64,000 nucleotides of DNA from a virus (Duplodnaviria > Caudoviricetes). The stretch spans positions 1 to 64,000 of IMG/VR virus record IMGVR_UViG_3300028888_000101. The stretch is one strand, 5' to 3'. Below are positions 9,286-16,422 of this stretch, in pieces; position 1 is the stretch's first letter; the number at the start of each line of letters is the position of its first letter. A program made the position numbers and the translations under genes. The notes beneath the pieces were generated by a model, which searched no databases, had not been told where the DNA came from, and was given only the letters and a program-made list of their open reading frames with translations.

Positions 9286-9725
9286 AACTGTCTCAGAAGA
9301 TAAAGCATATCAAACGACATAGAGCAAATAAAAGATTTGCCAAGCACGCAGACGATATTCATTTTGCCGCAGCTGAATCTTTCCTGAATGGCAATGAAAA
9401 TATATTTATTGTCAGTCCAAGACTATATAATGTTATGAACTGTAGAAAAGGATGTGTACCAAAGAATGTTATAAGCTCATGGGTTTGTAATAATTACAGG
9501 ATAATGACAATACCATCTGAAATCTATAGTTTCTATAATGACAATGTAGCCAGTTATATTAAAGAGTACTGCGGTATTCCAAATCTTCATAAAGAGCCTG
9601 ATGAAGAAACTGTAAATCAATTGAGTAATATTCCGTCAGGACAGTTTGTCAATCCTGAACTGTATATGCATATTGATAAACCAATTGCACCAGATATCAC
9701 TATATTAAATGGAGTTCGAATATGA
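9282..9725 (+). CDS. hypothetical protein
   Basis: ATGA overlap, RBS. Confidence 0.7.
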   Translation: MKLSQKIKHIKRHRANKRFAKHADDIHFAAAESFLNGNENIFIVSPRLYNVMNCRKGCVPKNVISSWVCNNYRIMTIPSEIYSFYNDNVASYIKEYCGIPNLHKEPDEETVNQLSNIPSGQFVNPELYMHIDKPIAPDITILNGVRI

Positions 9726-9964
9726 GTGAATGGATTAATCCTATCGGTACGACAAATGATACTGAAGTGAAGGGTATTCCGTTAAGTGAACCTAGTTGTG
9801 CTATTCCTTGTGCAGTTTGCGGTAAAGCGATATCATTAACTCAGTCAGAAGCAAGATATGCTACATTCCGATTGTGTGATGAATGTATTAAAGCAATTAA
9901 GTTTGCAAAAACATTAATGAAGAATAATCCTAATATGAATATTGATGGAGATGACGGAAAATGA
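9722..9964 (+). CDS. zinc-ribbon protein
   Basis: CAVCG...LCDEC. Confidence 0.7.
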   Translation: MSEWINPIGTTNDTEVKGIPLSEPSCAIPCAVCGKAISLTQSEARYATFRLCDECIKAIKFAKTLMKNNPNMNIDGDDGK

Positions 9965-10143
9965 AAGAGTATGCGTTCGTTGTAACAATACCTGTAGGTA
10001 GGGGTAAGAGTAATGAAGATAAGGAACAGGTAGATAAACTTTCTAAATATCTTAACAACGGTTATGTTGTTACCCACATTACAAGTTCAGTACTTCAAGA
10101 CAATATGTATGTGTATCATTGGCTAGAAAAGGAGACAAAATAA
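9961..10143 (+). CDS. DUF4177-like microprotein
   Basis: YLNNGYVV...YHWLEKE; resembles the core of 2193..2453. Confidence 0.6.
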   Translation: MKEYAFVVTIPVGRGKSNEDKEQVDKLSKYLNNGYVVTHITSSVLQDNMYVYHWLEKETK

Positions 10144-10564
10144 AATGTGATTTACTTATACAAAAGTAACCGGAGATAAAAGAAAATGAATAAAGATGAA
10201 GCACGTTCAGCTGTTATGGGTGCAATTTCTATGGCACTTAAAAACCCTACACTACAACAAGGATTTGAGATTATCTGTAAGAATCTTGCCGAACTTGAAA
10301 AAGAAAATGCAAAACTGAAAGAAAAATTAAAGCCAGAGAATTGTTTAAAATTATTGGCAAAAGATGGCTATATAAAGTTTACAAGCGAACAACTCACCAA
10401 AGCAGAAAAAATAATTGAGTTACTTCTTTCTGATAATAGAATAATGAAAGCACAATTTGAATCAGAAGAACAAGCAAAAATATGGTTTGAGCATATACAT
10501 CAAGCAGAGCAATTCTTATTGGCTAGAAAAGGAGACAAAATAAAATGAGATTTACTTATACAAA
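10118..10564 (+). repeat. 47-bp direct repeat pair (10118-10164 and 10518-10564) bracketing one gene
   Basis: attggctagaaaaggagacaaaataaaatg(t/a)gatttacttatacaaa, one mismatch, 400 bp apart. Confidence 0.95.
10186..10548 (+). CDS. mosaic-family coiled-coil protein (ELEKENAKLK/QLTKA/AEQFL)
   Basis: Modules and RBS string shared with 31126..31842. Confidence 0.8.
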   Translation: MNKDEARSAVMGAISMALKNPTLQQGFEIICKNLAELEKENAKLKEKLKPENCLKLLAKDGYIKFTSEQLTKAEKIIELLLSDNRIMKAQFESEEQAKIWFEHIHQAEQFLLARKGDKIK

Positions 10565-11213
10565 GGTTGAAGGATTTGAACCTGCCATTATTGGTGTTCG
10601 TCTTAATATGTCTAAAGATTATGAAGACGCTGTATCTAAGATGGATAGTATGCTCAGTATGGGCGGAAGACGTATCGGACCAGAAGATTTGCGTATCTGT
10701 AAAAATCTTATTAAAGCAGACAGTACGAAGAAAGCTGCCGGTGAACCAAACAGTAAGTTCTTACAGATGATTGAAGTATGGGTTTGTGTAGAGGCACCAC
10801 TTTGTTTCTGGAAGGAAGCTGATACCTATAGACATGGCGTAAAGTCTTCAACTTCCACAATGCACCGTATAGGTAAGTACGTCATTGATGAAACCTGTTT
10901 TGAACCAAAGCCAACAAACGGAAAGATTTCAAGTCTTATTGATATTCAGAAACTTGAAGAAGCTCGTCAGAAGTTCAATGAAACTCACGACAAGGATATA
11001 TGGTATGATTTGATTTATGGACTTGGAGACAGCTGGCTGCAAACTCGTATGTGGCATTTCAATTACAGCACGTTAAGAAATATTTGTCAGTGGAGATTAC
11101 ATCACAAACAGAATACATGGAGTGGTGATGACAATGACACTATGGAAAACTTTATCAAATGGGCTAAGACATTACCTTATGCTCAGGAATTTTTATTCGA
11201 GGAGTATAAATAA
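10545..11213 (+). CDS. thyX: divergent ThyX-like (FAD-dependent thymidylate synthase fold) protein
   Basis: SKFLQMIEVW..VEAPLCFWKEADTYR..KSSTSTMHRI...QTRMWHFNY..LRNI..WRLHH pattern of phage ThyX-like proteins. Confidence 0.7.
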   Translation: MRFTYTKVEGFEPAIIGVRLNMSKDYEDAVSKMDSMLSMGGRRIGPEDLRICKNLIKADSTKKAAGEPNSKFLQMIEVWVCVEAPLCFWKEADTYRHGVKSSTSTMHRIGKYVIDETCFEPKPTNGKISSLIDIQKLEEARQKFNETHDKDIWYDLIYGLGDSWLQTRMWHFNYSTLRNICQWRLHHKQNTWSGDDNDTMENFIKWAKTLPYAQEFLFEEYK

Positions 11214-11247
11214 TATTCAATTAGAAATTCTAATATTAAAATAAATT

Positions 11248-11333
11248 GGTTGGTTAGTTTAACTGGCAGAACACCGGAGACGTATCCTGCAAGGTTCCAT
11301 CCGGAGATTCAGGTTCAAGTCCTGAACGAACCT
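11248..11333 (+). tRNA. atypical tRNA-Cys-like element with a 21-nt anticodon loop region
   Basis: Acceptor GGTTGGT/ACGAACC (one mismatch), D stem GTTT/GAAC, anticodon stem CCGGA/TCCGG, T arm TCAGG-TTCAAGT-CCTGA, U73; CTGCAAG lies inside the expanded loop. Confidence 0.7.
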
Positions 11334-11338
11334 ATATT

Positions 11339-11415
11339 GGTTCTAACAGACTCTCGGCAATTAAGCTAAGGAGCACTCAAAGGGGCGATGGGTTTTAGTT
11401 TCGCACTTAGAACCA
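11339..11415 (+). ncRNA. degenerate cloverleaf-like RNA
   Basis: Terminal stem GGTTCTAA/TTAGAACC with three weak internal arms; no T-loop consensus. Confidence 0.4.
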
Positions 11416-11419
11416 TTTT

Positions 11420-11520
11420 GGTGAGGTAGCTCAACGGGAAACCAAGGCAGAGCTTCGGTGATTGAAAGGGATATTTTCATCTGAATACCCTTAGTGGAGG
11501 TTCGAGTCCTCCCCTCACCT
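11420..11520 (+). tRNA. atypical tRNA-like element with expanded D loop and rebuilt central arm
   Basis: Perfect acceptor GGTGAGG/CCTCACC, D stem GCTC/GAGC with a 17-nt loop, T arm GGAGG-TTCGAGT-CCTCC; central AAGGG..CCCTT arm. Confidence 0.7.
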
Positions 11521-11522
11521 AT

Positions 11523-11638
11523 CCTTATTTTATACGTTTCACACAGGGTTACAGTGAGATAAACGTATAAGGCATTTTCTGTTTTGTCTTCCGGTAGGAA
11601 ATATCGGTTAAGTTTGGTAGACGTACCAACTAACAGAA
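11523..11638 (+). ncRNA. two further structured RNA elements
   Basis: TTATACGTTT/AAACGTATAA long hairpin; TTCTGTT/AACAGAA stem enclosing two hairpins. Confidence 0.5.
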
Positions 11639-11659
11639 TCTTTTTTAGGAGTATAAATT

Positions 11660-12025
11660 ATGGTAATTGCAGTTGATTTTGATGGAACAATCACTGATAA
11701 AAATGTTTTCCCACAAATTGGAGAGATGAAAGAATATGCTCTTGAAGCAATTCATAATATTCAGGCTGCTGGAAATAAAATTGTTTTGTGGACTTGTCGG
11801 GAAGGATATTATCTTGATGAAGCCAGAAAATGGTTGAATGAACATGGGATTGATTTGGATTTTTATAATTACAGTCCTTATCAGCTGCAGTCAAGAAAGA
11901 TTGTTGCAGATGTTTATATTGACGATAAGAATGTATTCATGGTTGATGATGTAGATTGGCATAAGATTGAGGAATATATACTTAATCTTGCTGATAGAAA
12001 TGCTGTAATTTATTCAGGAGTGTAA
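11660..12025 (+). CDS. HAD-superfamily hydrolase (small phage type)
   Basis: IAVDFDGTI (DxD motif I), LWTCR (motif II), RKIVADVYIDDKN (motifs III/IV). Confidence 0.9.
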   Translation: MVIAVDFDGTITDKNVFPQIGEMKEYALEAIHNIQAAGNKIVLWTCREGYYLDEARKWLNEHGIDLDFYNYSPYQLQSRKIVADVYIDDKNVFMVDDVDWHKIEEYILNLADRNAVIYSGV

Positions 12026-12028
12026 ACT

Positions 12029-12292
12029 ATGTTAGATTACAAAGGAATATTGAATCATTACAGAGAAGGCTGTAAGACAGATGATGAACTTAGAGCTAAG
12101 GTTACACCATTTATGAAGTTCTTGTCTTATCTTGATACAGCTGGTGAGATGCTTAAACATGCAGAGGCTTGCTGCAGAGCAATTCCTGATGAGTTTGGTC
12201 TTAAGGAACTCAAATGGAAAGTAGCTGATATGAGTGCAGCTCTTGATGAGTTCAGTGGTGATAGTGTAATAGAGGATATGAAGAACGCATGA
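12029..12292 (+). CDS. hypothetical protein
   Basis: RBS, packing. Confidence 0.7.
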   Translation: MLDYKGILNHYREGCKTDDELRAKVTPFMKFLSYLDTAGEMLKHAEACCRAIPDEFGLKELKWKVADMSAALDEFSGDSVIEDMKNA

Positions 12293-12684
12293 CAAAAGCT
12301 ATAGTTACCATCAGTTTTAGAGTATATGATGAGTCCAGAGGAGAGTTATGTCTGAGTAAAGATGATGTAATTGAGTATGAACGTTATACATCTTATGCTA
12401 CTAAAAACATGGAGCCATGTATACGAATACGAATCTTTTCGTTTGATGTAAAAATGATGTACGATGTTCCTGATTTTATTATTGAGGGTTATGTTACAAC
12501 CATACCACAACCTTTACTCAATTATCAGTCTGGCAAGAAAGATAAATGTATTCAAATACAAAGGTTTGATTCAGTACATAACACTAATGAGTTCTTAAAG
12601 AATATTCCAAAAGAAAACGTTATTAAAATTGAACCACTTGAAAATAATACTTATCTTGTAACATACAGTGAGGAAATGAAATGA
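12289..12684 (+). CDS. hypothetical protein
   Basis: ATGA overlap. Confidence 0.7.
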   Translation: MTKAIVTISFRVYDESRGELCLSKDDVIEYERYTSYATKNMEPCIRIRIFSFDVKMMYDVPDFIIEGYVTTIPQPLLNYQSGKKDKCIQIQRFDSVHNTNEFLKNIPKENVIKIEPLENNTYLVTYSEEMK

Positions 12685-12980
12685 TTGATTTAAATGAAAT
12701 GGCAGGACAGATGTACGAAGTTGCACTAAAGAGAGAACAGCATAGTCCTTATATGAATTCCCTTACCAGTGTAGAACTTCTCAAACATCTTGCAGGTGAA
12801 GTTGTAGAAGCTAGTATGGCTTATGGTGTAGGTGCAGAACCTTATCGTATGGAACTTGGTGATGTCCTTTGTATGACGATGTTGCTCGCATATAAAGAAA
12901 ACTTTGATATTGAGAAGATGCTTTCTGATGTACTTGCCAAGAATACAGAAAGGGCAAACAGAACAGGAGACAAACTCTAA
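12681..12980 (+). CDS. MazG-like all-alpha NTP pyrophosphohydrolase
   Basis: KHLAGEVVEA...MELGDVL (ExxE...ExxD). Confidence 0.75.
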   Translation: MIDLNEMAGQMYEVALKREQHSPYMNSLTSVELLKHLAGEVVEASMAYGVGAEPYRMELGDVLCMTMLLAYKENFDIEKMLSDVLAKNTERANRTGDKL

Positions 12981-13090
12981 AATACCCTCTAAAACGTTCA
13001 TAGATTGCATATAACACGTCTTTTTAGGGTAGTTAGTATAATTACTTGTTTTAAGGGTCGAACGTCACTACAGCAATCTATGACGTGGTT
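12980..13090. repeat. dispersed intergenic element, copy 1 (other copies at about 44563-44650 and 50835-50917)
   Basis: Reverse complement of 12980-13016 matches 50881-50917 at 30/37 positions; TAGTATAAT core; internal inverted repeat CATAGATTGC/GCAATCTATG. Confidence 0.7.
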
Positions 13091-13129
13091 TTTAAGTATT
13101 AAATAAATACATCTAAGGTGGATTAACTA

Positions 13130-13360
13130 ATGAACAAAAGACTTCTCAGTTATGCTAAACTTCTTAAAGAGAGATTACTTAATGACGGTTGTACATTTAA
13201 TAATCAGAAACAATCTGAATTTGGCGTTATACAAGAATATTACAGAAACGGTATAGATTCTAAAATCATAGAACATACGGTAAACAGTATATCTTGCCAG
13301 TACAGACTTGAACTTGGTAAAGACATAATAAAGATATTTTTATATATGGAGAGAGGATGA
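13130..13360 (+). CDS. hypothetical protein
   Basis: RBS-like AGGTGG. Confidence 0.6.
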   Translation: MNKRLLSYAKLLKERLLNDGCTFNNQKQSEFGVIQEYYRNGIDSKIIEHTVNSISCQYRLELGKDIIKIFLYMERG

Positions 13361-13677
13361 CTTGTACAGACATGATTGAAGAGATAGTTGAACTTGCCAC
13401 TGTAAGATATAAGAAACTGTCTAAGGGTAGCAAAGAGTTCGACCTTATCAATATGCACAAAGAAGTCGTAATAGACGGTATTCCTTTTCATTATTGGCGT
13501 GAGTACGGTGTCTATAAGGTATGTGAGTATCTTAAAGAGAAAGTACCTGAGGCTGATATAGAATGTGTGCTTGACGGTAATGATTCTAATATCGTTATTA
13601 CACTTACAGACGAAGAGGAGAGAAATCTTAATCCTAAACTTTGTCACTTACTTAAAAACTTTTGGTCTGTTTCTTAG
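13357..13677 (+). CDS. hypothetical protein
   Basis: ATGA overlap, GGAG. Confidence 0.7.
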   Translation: MTCTDMIEEIVELATVRYKKLSKGSKEFDLINMHKEVVIDGIPFHYWREYGVYKVCEYLKEKVPEADIECVLDGNDSNIVITLTDEEERNLNPKLCHLLKNFWSVS

Positions 13678-13698
13678 CAGATTCTAATATTATATTAA

Positions 13699-13762
13699 TG
13701 ACATGTTTTTATGCATGACACCTCCTTCGGACCTTTGTACTGTCAGTATGAAGGTCCTTTTT
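13699..13762 (+). ncRNA. candidate small RNA 1 with anti-Shine-Dalgarno CACCTCCTT
   Basis: Promoter motif at 13681, CACCTCCTT at 13719-13727, terminator GGACCTT/AAGGTCC plus T5. Confidence 0.55.
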
Positions 13763-13795
13763 ATTTTCAAAAATCTGATTCTAATATTATTAGTG

Positions 13796-13923
13796 TAGTT
13801 ATCTTGGTGTATCCGTATTTTCCCTCCCACCCACGGATATGTCATGTGATTACCTCCAAATGTTTTCGGATACCCTGTTGTCTGTTTTGTTCATTTTATC
13901 GGGCATCAGGGTATCCTTTTTTT
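13796..13923 (+). ncRNA. candidate small RNA 2 with C-rich loop and GATTACCTCC
   Basis: Promoter motif at 13778; hairpin TATCCGT/ACGGATA with CCCTCCC loop; terminator GGATACCCTG/CAGGGTATCC plus T7. Confidence 0.6.
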
Positions 13924-13977
13924 AACTTTACTGTCTGAGATATAATTCTATTATTAAAGTTATAAAGGAGAAAACTC

Positions 13978-14145
13978 ATGGAAGAAAAAACTTTTGCTCA
14001 GTGGTGGAAAGATAACGAGGAAGATGTTCTTGCTAATTTCCCTCACTATTCGGATGTAGAAATCATTAAACGACTTTGCCTTGATTGTTGGAAGACACAG
14101 AACACAAACTGTGAAATCAAAATGGCACAGCTTAGTGAGGTGTAA
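13978..14145 (+). CDS. small hypothetical protein (55 aa)
   Basis: Promoter motif and AAGGAG RBS. Confidence 0.65.
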   Translation: MEEKTFAQWWKDNEEDVLANFPHYSDVEIIKRLCLDCWKTQNTNCEIKMAQLSEV

Positions 14146-14147
14146 CA

Positions 14148-14336
14148 ATGGATGAAGAAAAACCTAATTTGATTCCTTGTAATTGGCAGGAATGTAAGAA
14201 CAACAAAGACTGGTTCTATGTTGGTTGTATTAATCAGAAAGTAAACATTTGGAAATTGGCAAAGAAGAAACACATAACTCTTATACAGTTGTTTCAGTCT
14301 TGTCCATACTGTGGCGGCAGGGTGGTAATGAAATGA
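14148..14336 (+). CDS. Cys-rich microprotein
   Basis: CxWxxC...C and CPYCG. Confidence 0.65.
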   Translation: MDEEKPNLIPCNWQECKNNKDWFYVGCINQKVNIWKLAKKKHITLIQLFQSCPYCGGRVVMK

Positions 14337-14464
14337 GAGTAAAAATGTTTTGGGAATGGCTGCATAACATTGGCTATAGTGACAATGAACTTGATAACCT
14401 TCCGATAAACCATCTTGTAGCTTTACAGGACGAATACATAATGTTGATGTACGGAGACAACTAA
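14333..14464 (+). CDS. small hypothetical protein
   Basis: ATGA overlap. Confidence 0.5.
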   Translation: MRVKMFWEWLHNIGYSDNELDNLPINHLVALQDEYIMLMYGDN

Positions 14465-14781
14465 TGAACAGCAATGAAGTAGCAAATAGAATCAACAGAT
14501 ACTTTAACGGACAGTGCAAGGCATATTCCGTAAGTCAATATAAGGTTGAAGTTGATGTAAGTAAAGAACTATCTACTGACACTTGGAAAAGATGTGCTGA
14601 TGCTTTGGAAATGAAAGATAACAGTAAGTCTATTCCAAACAGTTATAAATACGGAGATGTTACTGTAGTATTTTTCTATGGTGCATTACAGAAGTTTACA
14701 CAGGACAGGAGAACAAATTGGACAATCTCATCACGACCACAGAACTATCGAAAAGATACGGCAGAACAGCAGCCAGAATAA
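14464..14781 (+). CDS. hypothetical protein
   Basis: TAATG overlap, GGAG. Confidence 0.6.
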   Translation: MNSNEVANRINRYFNGQCKAYSVSQYKVEVDVSKELSTDTWKRCADALEMKDNSKSIPNSYKYGDVTVVFFYGALQKFTQDRRTNWTISSRPQNYRKDTAEQQPE

Positions 14782-15173
14782 TTAAAATACTTGAAGGCCA
14801 CGGATTCGTAGCTGAGACTGTGTATGTTGAGCATCACATCTGTAAGGCTTGGAGTAAGGAAGCTGAGGATTTTCTTAGTAAGTTTATTACAGAAGAGAAC
14901 AACAAAAGTTTGCTGATAATGGACTATGCCAAGGAACTTCATGTATCTGAGGATGTTCTCAGAACAGCTATGAAGAATCTTAAACTGTACGGTGAGTACA
15001 GAACAGCTCGAAGTAAGGCACTTGAAAAAGAAGTAAAGCGGCTTTTGGAAGAAGATAAAGCGGCAATGCAGGAATCTCACCCACTTGTCAAAAATAAAAA
15101 ATACTTCAAGACAAGTTACTTTCCGAATACCATTCCAAGTTGTTTTGAGGACTTAGATGAGGATACTATTTGA
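14718..15173 (+). CDS. putative DNA-binding protein with two HTH-like segments
   Basis: LITTTELSKRYGRT..RI and YAKELHVSEDVLR. Confidence 0.6.
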   Translation: MDNLITTTELSKRYGRTAARIIKILEGHGFVAETVYVEHHICKAWSKEAEDFLSKFITEENNKSLLIMDYAKELHVSEDVLRTAMKNLKLYGEYRTARSKALEKEVKRLLEEDKAAMQESHPLVKNKKYFKTSYFPNTIPSCFEDLDEDTI

Positions 15174-15329
15174 TATTGTTCTTATTGCCGTAGGATTCAT
15201 ATGGTGTACCCTGAGTATTCTGATGTGCGATAAAGATACACTGGATAAACTGTTGGAAACTAGAAAGTATTTTGATTGGCTGAGAGATTCCGATAACGAT
15301 AATTAAGATATTAAATTAAATATTTTTAC

Positions 15330-15398
15330 AAAAGGTACAGAACGTTTTTTTTAAGGTGTATTACTCCGCACCTGATAGTTTTCCGTTCTGTACCTTTT
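15330..15398. other. 15-bp perfect inverted repeat enclosing an internal hairpin
   Basis: AAAAGGTACAGAACG/CGTTCTGTACCTTTT; inner AGGTG/CACCT. Confidence 0.8.
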
Positions 15399-15451
15399 CT
15401 TTGTTTTATATATTTTACAGAAGAAACAATCAATAGTATAATACTATCGTT

Positions 15452-15754
15452 GTGGAGGTATATATGACTACAGCACAACTTAGTGATATAGCGTGGATTA
15501 AAGACATAATTTATATTCTTCCACTTGCCGGAGTAATCTGGAAGGGGGCTACTATGAATTCTCAAGTCAAAAGGAATTCGGAGGAGATTAAAGAATGTAA
15601 GGATATTATACAGAAACAGAACGAGGCTATAATTTCCAGTCTTAATAAACTTACGGATACAATGAATGATATTAAGTTGGATGTATCCGTATTAAAAGCA
15701 CTACGTGATGAAGAAGTCGGTAAGAAAACGCCTAAGAGAAAGGCAGCTAACTAG
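15452..15754 (+). CDS. single-TM coiled-coil membrane protein (holin/antiholin-like)
   Basis: TM IIYILPLAGVIW followed by a coiled coil; near lysis genes. Confidence 0.55.
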   Translation: MEVYMTTAQLSDIAWIKDIIYILPLAGVIWKGATMNSQVKRNSEEIKECKDIIQKQNEAIISSLNKLTDTMNDIKLDVSVLKALRDEEVGKKTPKRKAAN

Positions 15755-15765
15755 GAGTAAATGTT

Positions 15766-16173
15766 ATGATGGATTACGATTACTGGTTACAAAAAAGTGC
15801 TGGTTGTTTTGATGATTATTATGAAGCCTCCGATGATGAAATATTTAGATGGTATGATGAACGTTACTCCGATGTTCCAATGGAAAAAGCACTTGGAGAT
15901 TATGATATTCCATCTTGTGTTGCAGATGCAATGATTGACAAGATGTGGGAAGATGAAGAATTTCTTAGGGATTATGATTATGGATTTGTAGAGGATTTAG
16001 CTGAATGGATGGATAAATATCCTGATAAAGCTAACCGTTTATATCAAAAACTCAAACCAAAAAATAGCGATGAAATGTTCAAGTTACTTGGAAGAAAAGG
16101 TTGGTCTTCATTTACAGATGAGTTTTATGATTGGTATAATAATTATTACGACCCTGAAGACTATCGTTATTAA
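15766..16173 (+). CDS. acidic, aromatic-rich hypothetical protein
   Basis: AGGAG RBS; D/E/Y/W rich. Confidence 0.7.
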   Translation: MMDYDYWLQKSAGCFDDYYEASDDEIFRWYDERYSDVPMEKALGDYDIPSCVADAMIDKMWEDEEFLRDYDYGFVEDLAEWMDKYPDKANRLYQKLKPKNSDEMFKLLGRKGWSSFTDEFYDWYNNYYDPEDYRY

Positions 16174-16422
16174 GATTAATTATGATTGATAAAATACTTG
16201 AAATAATACTTTCATCATCTCTTATAACTATAGGTATTATGGCCCTTATTTTTGTTATAAGAGATTCTATTAACAAAGACGATGACATAGACAGCGAGGT
16301 ATAAATGGTAATGCTTAAAATTATTTTAGGAATGATTATTGGTAGTGCTATGATGGTTGGCATCATTGTAGTATCTGTACTCATTGCTAAGCACATTGAT
16401 ATGATAGAGGAGAAAACTAAAA

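Noticed and set aside
13711-13938. 75-aa plus-strand ORF over the small-RNA locus
   Set aside because: No RBS, and it crosses two terminators and a promoter motif.
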